From Azolla caroliniana (taxonomy: Eukaryota > Plantae > Polypodiophyta): 64,000 nt of DNA. Under the pieces are notes generated by a model. The model worked only from the letters and a program-made list of their open reading frames with translations. It searched no databases and was not told where the DNA came from. Shown here piece by piece: positions 25,101-35,700 of the stretch. The position numbers and the translations under genes were made by a program. Numbering within the stretch: the stretch's first letter is position 1; every line of letters starts with the position of its first letter. The stretch spans positions 10,912,001 through 10,976,000 of the forward strand of contig JBHGNT010000001.1 in the NCBI GenBank assembly GCA_043228905.1. The letters are read 5' to 3'.

Positions 25101-25744
25101 ATGAAGTAAATAGGGAGAAGACCTAGGAGTGCCAAGGAATTCCCGAATTGCGATCTCTCCATTTTGTTCGCAGTTATTCTAGGTTGGATGGTCATTGTAT
25201 TACGGTTAGAGAATTAACTTGTTTTTGCTTCCATTGTGTGCAGGGAAATTGGAGGTATTGTTTAAACAAAGCATATATTCAGAATTGGGAGTATCATACA
25301 TTGAACGATAAGGAAGCAGTTGATGGGGAAACATAAAAGAATGCTGACTTCCCATATCAAGAACGTGGAGATACTCCGAGTGATGTCTTAAATGTTGGGG
25401 ACAATTTTGCTGTAAATGCAGAAGAAGGCAATTCAAAGGGTGTTGATTTCCATATATTGAAGTGCACGGTTAGTAAACAGTGTGCAACGCATAATATATT
25501 AGATGCTTGGGGAAATGTTGTATCTACCAGGACATTCTACATCGAAGGTATTTTTTATGCAAGACTAGATGATTACGATTATGTGTATAGGCTATTAGAA
25601 GACAAACCAGGGGTGTACATGTACTCTCATTTGGTCAGGTGCATCAATGTCCCAATGTCGCAATATAATAGCTGGTCAGGTTTATACACAGTTAGTGCTA
25701 ATGTGTATGAAAGTATTTACAACAATATGCCATGGAATTTGTAG
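22103..25744 (+). pseudogene. Sola2-like DDD transposase pseudogene; intron 22866-23903
   Basis: Spliced ...HLLVVPQ|VHLFIRFRRMHP..., Cys-rich region (CCCIYH, CECPIC, CQDCG), VVDFVENYTFKQQNEIQSMH, ISDDKKHD, WSDGAASQIK, FFGSGHGKGEHNGA...KR, CFCFHC. Several stops and frameshifts. Superfamily assignment is from recalled motifs. Confidence 0.75.
22905..23880. repeat. Intronic array of palindromic AGCTAATTAGCT motifs (transposase intron)
   Basis: Dozens of TAGCTAATTAGCTA variants between the donor at 22866 (GT) and the acceptor at 23903 (CAG). Confidence 0.9.
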
Positions 25745-26165
25745 CTACAAGTAGCAATTACCAATTTTCTTGTAAAACAAACAAAGCACATGTATTGCAA
25801 ATAAATAGTTTAATGGACCTGTTTGGGAGTTTTTTTTTATTTTATATACAGTCTACTTTTTGTGCTTCTTCTATCAGTCTTCTATCTGATATATAGTTTA
25901 ATGATATCATTTAGGGTTCTTCTTTTCTGAGATACAGATTTACTCAAGTGAACCATGTACAAGTTAAAATAGTTTGCATAATTTTAAGAAAAAACACCAT
26001 CATGAAATCAACAATCCTGAACATACTCTTAAAATTACACAGTAGATAAGTTACTCAAAACAAGCAATTTAATTCTTCATTGATTAAGTGGTAGCAAATT
26101 ACATATTTATAACATCCCATTGCCAATGTCTTGAAATCGTCTATAAACAGCTAAGCTCTTGCTGG

Positions 26166-28030
26166 TCAGTGGAACTTCTCTACATATAGTTTGCATGTAG
26201 CTAGTTTGCAGCTCAATGTTTTCACCAAATAGTGTTCAGGCATTCCATCGAGTAGAATGAGACAACATTTGCGAATGTTGAAGTAATGTCGAAAATGTTC
26301 TGTATCCAGAATCAACGTATTGTCAGCATTATAATCTGGCCAAGTGACCGAAAAATCAAAAAGTCTTTTGAATCTTGCAACATCATTCTGCTCACAATTC
26401 TCTCGTGTCCACTAACCCTTGAAATGTTGTCGCCACTTCGGGAAGAATTTTTCTACACACTTCCACACATTTGTACGTGGTTTTTCGCTCCAAATAAACA
26501 AATCAAAATATTGCACATCCCACTCCAGAAATTGATTTGCATCCCTCCTTGGTGTCATATATCGCACACTCATCAAGACTTTATCAAGCTCTAAGATCAA
26601 GGCTCTTCTTTCAACTTCTAATGGTTTAGGTTTCCATTCCTGTAACTGAGCCTCTGTTACACCAATTACTGGTAGCACACGATCAAGGTCAATCAACTTA
26701 GGTTCTGTCGGCACAATTGGTGTCCTTTTCCTCTTCAAACCCCTGGTCAACTGTGTTGGGCCTGGCTTCACATTCTAGTGCTCTTGTGTTGTCGACTTAG
26801 TCATTGGCTCAGTGCATGTAGATACTGATCTGGTCGATATCAGCCCACTGGTATCACATGCTGCATCTACCTACAAAATCAGATCATTTGTGTCAGTTGC
26901 TACATCTACTTTCAAGATGTGGCCCTCTAAACACGCAACAACATCAATAGTTTCCACATTGTCATCGGCCTTAGGAGCAATAGATTCAAACCCTTTAGAC
27001 TCTACAACATCAGAAAACACCAACATATTCACACTCACAAAGTAACTAACAATCTCACAAAACAACATAATGAACATGAAATATTTTCCATCATAGGAAC
27101 ATGAACATAATTATCTTGGAGAAACATCATAGAGTTCCATTACATAATGTTTCTCCATCTACTTTCAGGATGTGGCCCTCTAAACACGCAACAACATCAA
27201 TAGTTTCCACATTGTCATCGGCCTTAGGAGCAATAGATTCAAACCCTTTAGACTCTGCAACATCAGAAAACACCAACATATTCACACTCACAAAGTAACT
27301 AACAATCTCACAAAACAACATAATGAACATGAAATATTTTCCATCATAGGAACATGAACATAATTATCTTGGAGAAACATCATAGAGTTCCATTACATAA
27401 TGTGGATCAAGCAACAACCAATCTGAGGTTTTACTTGTCCAAATAGATCATATTAAAACATCATAAAACCCTAGGAAAATCGCTAACAATCATATCCCAC
27501 TAATAAGTATTTCGCTCCAATTCAAGAGCCCCTTGATGGAGTAACTGGTCTTGTCCCCGATTGTGGCCCCTTCTTCACCCTTTTTCTAGCCGGTTGCCAA
27601 TTTAGCCTTGCTTCTTTGACCCATTGCGCAAGTGTGTCCTCCGACAACCTTTCCATCACCTCAACAACGGCTTGCAGATCAGCCGCGTCTTACACTAGCT
27701 TTTCCAGTAGAGTGGGATCTGTTTGGACATTATTAGTAGTTGGGCTCAGTGGGGTGGAATCAAGGTTTTGGGATTCGAAAAAATGTTGCATCAAGTGTTC
27801 AAAAACACTATTGTTGTGAACCTCAGATTTACATGTTGTTCCGAATATTTCATGGCTTTTCACATCGTTGCCTAATTCATTACCATCTTCCAAAAGAATA
27901 GGGTGGAGCTGATTTGAAGGAGATGTGATAGCAGGACTCTTACTTTCAGCCACGTTGGCAACTATCTCCTCATTGGTTGCAACGTCATCAGCACCAGACA
28001 GGTCATGCGCCCTCCTTAATCCACAAGATT
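26166..28030 (-). pseudogene. Transposon ORF2 with C-terminal FCP1/SCP (NIF) HAD phosphatase-like domain; catalytic residues altered
   Basis: Reading through the stop at 26412 gives RALILELDKVL...PRRDANQFLEWDVQYFDLFIWS...F.P...F..*WTRENC...FKRL...WPDYNADNTLILDTEHFRHYFN. This follows the NIF layout LVLDLD.TL / RP..DEFL / F.V.IWS / RE.C / KDL / NTLLVDD. Upstream exon 28030-~27500 begins after a TTGTAG acceptor. Confidence 0.65.
26903..27403. repeat. 248-bp tandem duplication (26903-27150, 27156-27403)
   Basis: Near-identical copies, reflected in ORFs 26871..27077 and 27127..27330. Confidence 0.9.
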
Positions 28031-28046
28031 CTACAACAACATGGTT

Positions 28047-29115
28047 GCTAATTAGCTACATCTTAGCTAACTAGCTATTCTTCAAGACTATGACAATAAC
28101 TAATTAGCTACCACTGAGCTAATTAGCTACTTCGCTTAGGTATGGTACTAGCTAATTAGCTAATAAACTAAAGTAGGGTACTAGCTAGTTAGCCACTATA
28201 ACTAAAGTATGGTAGTAGCTAATTAGCTACTACTTAGCTAATTAGCTACTGTACTAAACGATGGTAGTAGCTAATTAGCTACCACTTTGCTAATTAGCTA
28301 CTCAGCTAAAGTATGGTAGTCGGAAATTAGCTACCACTTAGCTAATTAGCTATTGTACTAAACTATGGTAGTACCTAATTAGCTACCACTTAGCTGATTA
28401 GCTAATTAGCTACTCAACTAAATTATGGTACTAGCTAGTTAGCCACTATAACTAAAGTATGGTAGTAGCTAATTAGCTACTATACTAAACTATGGTAGTC
28501 GCTAATTAGCTACCTCTCAACTAATTAGCTATTGTACTAAACTATGGTAGTCACTAATTAGCTACCACTCAACTAATTAGCTATTGTACTAAACTATGGT
28601 AGTAGCTAATTAGCTACCACTCAACTAATTAGCTATTATACTAAACTATGGTAGTAGCTAATTAGCTACCACTCAGCTAATTAGCTACTGTACTAAACTA
28701 TGGTAGTAGCTAAATAGCTACCACTTACATAATTAGCTACTCTGCTAAAGTATGGTAGTAGCTACTGTACTAAACTATGGTAGTAGCTACTGTACTAAAC
28801 TATGGTAGTAGCTACTGTACTAAACTATGGTAGTAGCTAATTAGCTACCACTTAGCTAATTAGCTACTGTACTAAACTATGGTAGTAGCTAATTATCTAC
28901 CACTTAACTAATTAGCTATTGTACAAAACTATGGTAGTAGCTAATTAGCTACCATTTAGCTAATTAGCTATTGTATTAAACTATGGTAGTAGCTAATTAG
29001 CTAAGTGGTAGCTAATTAGCTAGTGCACTAAACTATGGTAGTAGCTAATTAGCTACTGTACTAAACTATGGTAGTAGCTAATTAGCTACTGTACTAAACT
29101 ATGGTAGTAGCTAAT
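28047..29115. repeat. Array of ~52-bp units built on AGCTAATTAGCT palindromes (putative ORF2 intron)
   Basis: Unit ACTATGGTAGTAGCTAATTAGCTACCACTTAGCTAATTAGCTACTGTACTAA. Lies directly upstream (minus strand) of the acceptor at 28031. Confidence 0.9.
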
Positions 29116-30851
29116 CATGCCGATTAGATAACTGATGTCGGGTCGGGTGATTGTCAAATATATAAGGCTTCCGACGATTTGTCGGAACCGCTTCTCATCG
29201 CAGGCCGGTCCGGAGTTGGACGGAGCTTCAAGTTCCGGTCCAGGGGGGTGGAGATTGGTCGGCATTCCGTCATGCCGAACTTGTACAACATATTCAACAC
29301 ATAGTGTCTTTGTGAGAGCAATATGCCGTCGGGTGAGCGGATCACCTCGATCCTAAGGAAGTAGTGAAGGTCCCCTAGGTCCTTCATCTCAAATGCGTCT
29401 AACAGCTAGGACTTGACTCGGCTTATTTCCTCGAGTCCGGGTCCGGTGATGACTAGATCATCAACATACAGCAAGATGCAAGCCGGACCGTCTGGACCTT
29501 GCCGGATGAACAACGAAGAGTCGGAATTGGAGGCCGCAAACCCCATCTTATGCAACCGGTGCGTGATCTTCGCATTCCAAGCTCGGTGGGCTTGCTTCAG
29601 GACATAAAGTGACTTCTTCAGCCGGCATACTGCTGACTTGTTCATCTCCAACTGGAAACCGGGGGGTTGGGTCATAAAGACCTCTTCTTCAAGATCGCCA
29701 TGAAGAAATGCATTCTTCATGTCCATCTGGTTAAGATGCCACCCCCTTGCGGCAGCAACCGCCAGCACCACACGAACCGTCGTCATCTTCGCTACCGGAG
29801 CAAAGGTCTCGTCGTAGTCGATTCCATGGGTCTACGCGTATCCCTTCGCCACTAACGGGCCTTGTACCAGTTAACCGAACCGTCAACATTGTACTTCACT
29901 TTGTACACCCACTTACATCGGATCGGTTTGCAGTGTCGGGGAGGGTCAACTAGGTCCCATGTGTCGTTCGCATCAAGTGCTCACATTTCTTCCTCCATAG
30001 CGGCACACCAATTTGCATTCTTTGCCATTTTTGCGTAGCTCTCCGGCTCACGCACTTCCACCACCTTGGTCATGTACGCATAGTGATGCGCCATGTACTC
30101 ATTGTACCCGTACCGCTTCACGGGGTTCTTCTGGCAGGAAGATTGGTGTAACTTATCGTTACCTGGTTTGAGGCCCTTCTTCGCCGGTTCGGTCTTCGTT
30201 GCTGAAGATCCGCCTTCTTCTTTTTTAGAGCCGGATCCGCTTCGATCCGACTCACCATTGCCAGTCTCGTGCTCTGGCATCTTCCTCTTCCTCTTTTCCT
30301 TGCGTGTGAACCGTCTCCTTGGTTCCTTGCGCGGGGGGAACACGACAGAGTCTCCACTACTCATCGGTTCATCTTCCGACTGGTCTGTCTGACCCAGTTG
30401 CTCGTTCAGCCCGCTCAACCGAAACAATTCCGAACTCACCCCTAGAGTCTTGAACCCTTCATCTTCTAACTGGACCGGTTCAGGCTCACTAGCCTCATCC
30501 TCTAGTATCGGGTCGGGGTTGGAAGTCAGAGCCGGTCAGTCATACCATGATCTCGTCTCATCAAAATCAACATCCTGGCTAACTCAGACCTGCTTCGTCC
30601 GGGGGTTATAACATTTATACCCCTTTTGCTCATGTGAGTAACCGACAAGGATGCATTTCTCCAACTTTGCATCCAACTTCCTCCGCTTCTCATCCAGCAC
30701 ATGCACATATGCAATGCTACTGAATATCCGAAGGTGTCACAAATTTGGCTTGCACCCTAAATATAGCTCATGCGCGAACATCTTGTCACCGATCCGGTTT
30801 TGGATATAAACGGTCGTCCGGACCGCCTCAGCCCAGTAGAATTTGGGCATA
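29116..30851 (-). mobile_element. Ty1/copia fragment (IN C-terminus, RT) of a GC-richer family
   Basis: MPKFYWAEAVRT, EPESY..A...W.AAMEEEM, QMDMKNAFLHGDL, LYVDDL, MKDLGDLHYFL. Confidence 0.85.
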
Positions 30852-32753
30852 CTATGATGTATGCCTTCATTTTGATATAAAATTTGAAATTCATGAGACA
30901 TACTCACCACCACCATCAATTTGAAGACTTTTAATCTTTGATGATGTTTGCACTTCGACTGGAGCCTTGTATTCTTTGAATGCTTGATAAGCTTGACTTT
31001 TGTACTTGAGAAAATGCAAGATTGTAAATCGACTAAAGTCATCTATAAAGCTAATGAAAGATTTGGCTCCACTAAGAGAAGGGGTTGGAAAAGCTCCACA
31101 TAGATCACTATGTACTAATGCAAGAGTGGTAGTGGCTCTAGATCTATGCTTTGGGAAGGGTTGTTGGGGCATTTTCCCAAGGATACAACTTTCACACAAA
31201 GAGATGGGCTTGAAAGGTTCTTTTGGCAAACTATGGACTAGATTATTATATTGTAATGTTTTTAGAGCATTGAAATGCATATGACCTAGACAAAAGTGCC
31301 AAAGAGAAGAAGGAGAATGAAGATTAGTTAGAGATATAGAAGATTGAATTGGGGTAGAATGATGTGCTCCTAAAATAAGAGATGTAGGAATGCATTTTAT
31401 GGGATATAAGCCTTCTTCTCGTTTACAACATGTTCTAATAAGTTCTCCAATAGAGGCTTTATGTTTAATAATAGCATGGTTAGGATGAAATTCAATGATA
31501 GTACCATTTGTCATTGCTTGACTAACCGATAGCAAATGTTTGGTGATGCAGCCCGGGACATAGAGAACTTCATTGATTGTGAAATGTCTTCCTCTTGTGA
31601 CTTCAAAAGTAATATCACCCTTGCCAATAGCTTGTTTAGTCCCATTATTTCCAAATCTTACAATGATAGGAGGTTCAACTTCCTTATAGTTACATAACCA
31701 ATCTTTTCTATTAGTTAAGTGGTTAGTAGCACCAGTGTCAAGATACCAAATGTCTTTTACATTACTTGGATTTGGAGTGGTAGCGGAATGTGATTCGGCA
31801 ATGAATGCTTGAAGGACATCGTCATACTTGTCACCATTTTGATATCCATCTCCTACGACTTTTTCATCATCCACCTCTTCTTCAACAAGATGGGCGGGCT
31901 TGTACACACCTCCACGGTTGATAATTCTTGAAATTTGACTTTGTGCGACAATCTTTGGTTGCATGATTTGTACGTTTGCATATTTTACAATAGGTGTTGT
32001 TGAACCGCATTGCTCGTTGTTTAATGTTCTGATCTTTCTTTATCCATGGTTTTGAGTTTTCTCCTCTTTGAGTGAATCTTGGGTTTTTGAGTAATTAAGA
32101 AGCGCTTGAAGTGTATGCGCTTGTTGGGCATCGTGTTTCGGCTCGTAGATAGTTTGTAAGTGCTTCCACATTTCATGAGTCGTGTCCATTTTTCGCAATG
32201 TTTTTCTGGTGCCATCACTTACGTGCATTAGAATTTCCATTCTTGCGCATAGGTCTTTTTCCTCATACTCTTCAAGTTATTCGCCTTTTTCAGGTTTTGT
32301 CAACGATCGTGAAATTATGTCCCATACTTTATTATATTTAAAAAGTAATTCTAATCTTGCCTTCCAAATTCAATAATTTGTGTCTGATAATTTCTCGATC
32401 ATGAATTTTTGCATGTTCAATTGCGACGATGACATAGATTGTGCCTTTTTTGCAGAGGGTTGTCCGGATCAGCGCACAACAGACACAAAATTGTTTTTCG
32501 TTACTTGACAATCTTGGACACTATGAATATGATTTTTTTTGTATGGGCATGAAAGTTAAATTATGAAAAGGGCATGTGTTTTGTGATTTAAGAAAGGCAT
32601 AGACTATAAGGTTATTAGGTCGTTTGGCTCTGATACCATGTAGCGAAAAGAAGAGAAAGAGAGAAGAAAGAGAGATAGAAAGAAGAGAGAGAGAGAGAGA
32701 GAGAGAGCCATTATATTATTGCGCTATTTCTATTACATCATTGGTGGTGGCTT
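30852..32753 (-). mobile_element. 5' part of a Ty1/copia (LTR remnant, PBS, deleted gag, PR, IN N-terminus), inverted relative to 32782-37505
   Basis: PBS GGCTCTGATACCA at 32626-32638. ORF 30891..31964 translates identically to 34527..35600 except at its end. Confidence 0.88.
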
Positions 32754-32781
32754 CCGTAACCATATCGGTGGTGGTCTTATA

Positions 32782-35700
32782 AAGCCACCACCAATGATGT
32801 AATAGATATAGCGCTATAATATAACGATTTCCTAGAATTGTGTGGGAAGTAAGCAAAAAGATCCAAAAGACGCATAAAAGCAAAATTTTGTGTTCCGGTT
32901 GGATACAAGATATAGAAAAATGCTTTGGTAGATGGGATGCAAGACACTTGCTTCATGATGCATCATTAGATTCCTCTGTAAATGAGGCTTTTTTGCAACG
33001 CCAATGTATCATGACATGGGACAAATGTGGAGGCTCATGCTTCACACATTATACTACACATGTTGCACCTAACTACAAAACCATATTCTTTGCGGAATGG
33101 GGAAATTGTACACATCGAAACATGTTAGAGCCCATACCGTTATCTGCCATTCGAACCATTGCTTCCATGCGACTTAACTCACATGCATTGCAATGTGAAA
33201 CAAGGTGTTGGGGCACAAGTGAAGAGAGTGGTCAGCTCTGCACACTTTGCCCTAAACAAGTTCGCGAGTCTAAGTATCACACTTTGATACAATGCTCTAC
33301 CTTCGATCATATTCGACCATGCTTTCCACATCTCTTCGACCAAGCCCAATCCTTGCATGAATCCTCTCACAACCACAATGTGCACTCTCGATTGCAACAT
33401 TCATTGGTAAAGTTCTTGAACATCAAGAGTCACTACTCACTTTCACATGTATCACGTGAAATGTAATATTTTTTGTCTCATTGGTCATATTTGACCTCCG
33501 AAGACGATAATATAATCTATCTATCTCTCTCTCTTTTCATTCTATATCTCTTTCTTCGCTCTTTCTCTTCTTTTCCCTACATGGTATTAAAGCCAAACAA
33601 CCTAATAGCCTTACAGTCTATGCCTTTCTTAAATCACATAACACATGCACTTATCATAATTTAACTTTCATGCCCATACAAAAATAATCATATTTATAGT
33701 GTCCAAGATCGTCAAATAACGAATGACAATTTTGTGTTTGTCGTGCGCAGATCCAGACAACCCTCTGCAATAATGGTACAATCTATGTCGTCATCGCAAC
33801 TCAACATATGAAAATTCACGATCGAGAAATTATAGGACACAAATTATCGAATCTGGAAGGCAAGGTTAGAATTACTTTTTAAATATAATAAAGTATGGGA
33901 CATAATTTCAGGATCATCAACAAAACCTGAAAAATGCGAAGAACTTGAAGAACTTGAAGAAAAAGAATTGTGTGCAAGAATGGAAAATCTAATGCACGTA
34001 AGTGATAGCAATGGAGAAACATTGTGAAAAATGGAGACAGCTCAAGAAATATGGAAACACTTACAAACTATCTACGAACCGAAAAATAACGCCCAACAAG
34101 CGCATACACTCCAAGCGCTTGTTAATTACAAAATGATTGACGAACAACCAATTGGTGAATTTCTATCAATATGGCAAAAGAAATTAGATGATGTGTTAAC
34201 TTCTAGATTAGAAATCCATGATAAATTACAAAAGATTCTCCTTCTTGGTGCTCTTCCTCACTGGTGGTTCACTTTTAAAACCACCCAAAACTCTAGAAAT
34301 TTTCCAACACTAATTGATCTTCTTGCAAACATTAGAGAGGAGGAAACAATGTGTTCACAAAGGTCTTCAAATTCAACTCCAAGTATGGCAATGGTAGCAT
34401 ACAAGAACAAAAGGTTCACCCAAAGAGGAGAAAGCTCGAAGCCGTGGATAAAGAAAGATCAAAACACAAAACAAGGAGGAATGCAGTTCAACAATACCTA
34501 TTGTAAAATATGCAAACGTACAAATCATGCAACCAAAGATTGTCGCACAAAGTCAAATTTCAAGAATTATCAACCGTGGAGGTGTGTACAAGCCCGCCCA
34601 TCTTGTTGAAGAAGAGGTGGATGATGAAAAAGTCGTAGGAGATGGATATCAAAATGGTGACAAGTATGACGATGTCCTTCAAGCATTCATTGCCGAATCA
34701 CATTCCGCTACCACTCCAAATCCAAGTAATGTAAAAGACATTTGGTATCTTGACACTGGTGCTACTAACCACTTAACTAATAGAAAAGATTGGTTATGTA
34801 ACTATAAGGAAGTTGAACCTCCTATCATTGTAAGATTTGGAAATAATGGGACTAAACAAGCTATTGGCAAGGGTGATATTACTTTTGAAGTCACAAGAGG
34901 AAGACATTTCACAATCAATGAAGTTCTCTATGTCCCGGGCTGCATCACCAAACATTTGCTATCGGTTAGTCAAGCAATGACAAATGGTACTATCATTGAA
35001 TTTCATCCTAACCATGCTATTATTAAACATAAAGCCTCTATTGGAGAACTTATTAGAACATGTTGTAAACGAGAAGAAGGCTTATATCCCATAAAATGCA
35101 TTCCTACATCTCTTATTTTAGGAGCACATCATTCTACCCCAATTCAATCTTCTATATCTCTAACTAATCTTCATTCTCCTTCTTCTCTTTGGCACTTTTG
35201 TCTAGGTCATATGCATTTCAATGCTCTAAAAACATTACAATATAATAATCTAGTCCATAGTTTGCCAAAAGAACCTTTCAAGCCCATCTCTTTGTGTGAA
35301 AGTTGTATCCTTGGGAAAATGCCCCAACAACCCTTCCCAAAGCATAGATCTAGAGCCACTACCACTCTTGCATTAGTACATAGTGATCTATGTGGAGCTT
35401 TTCCAACCCCTTCTCTTAGTGGAGCCAAATCTTTCATTAGCTTTATAGATGACTTTAGTCGATTTACAATCTTGCATTTTCTCAAGTACAAAAGTCAAGC
35501 TTATCAAGCATTCAAAGAATACAAGGCTCCAGTCGAAGTGCAAACATCATCAAAGATTAAAAGTCTTCAAATTGATGGTGGTGGTGAGTATATGTCTCAT
35601 GAATTTCAAATTTTATATCAAAATGAAGGCATACATCATAGAATATCAACACCACACACACCACAACAAAATGGTGTATCTAAAAGGAAGAATAGATCAC

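Larger units (their letters stand above)
20623..29115 (+). mobile_element. Decayed two-gene DNA transposon, Sola2-like, right end lost
   Basis: Begins GGGTGAAAGC where gypsy gag homology stops. Contains a subterminal minisatellite, a spliced transposase (+), a convergent ORF2 (-), and a shared AGCTAATTAGCT motif. Truncated at 29116 by a copia fragment. Confidence 0.7.

Noticed and set aside
20940-29115. Regular repeats resembling a CRISPR array
   Set aside because: Eukaryotic context, no unique spacers (the intervening sequence is itself repeated) and no cas genes.
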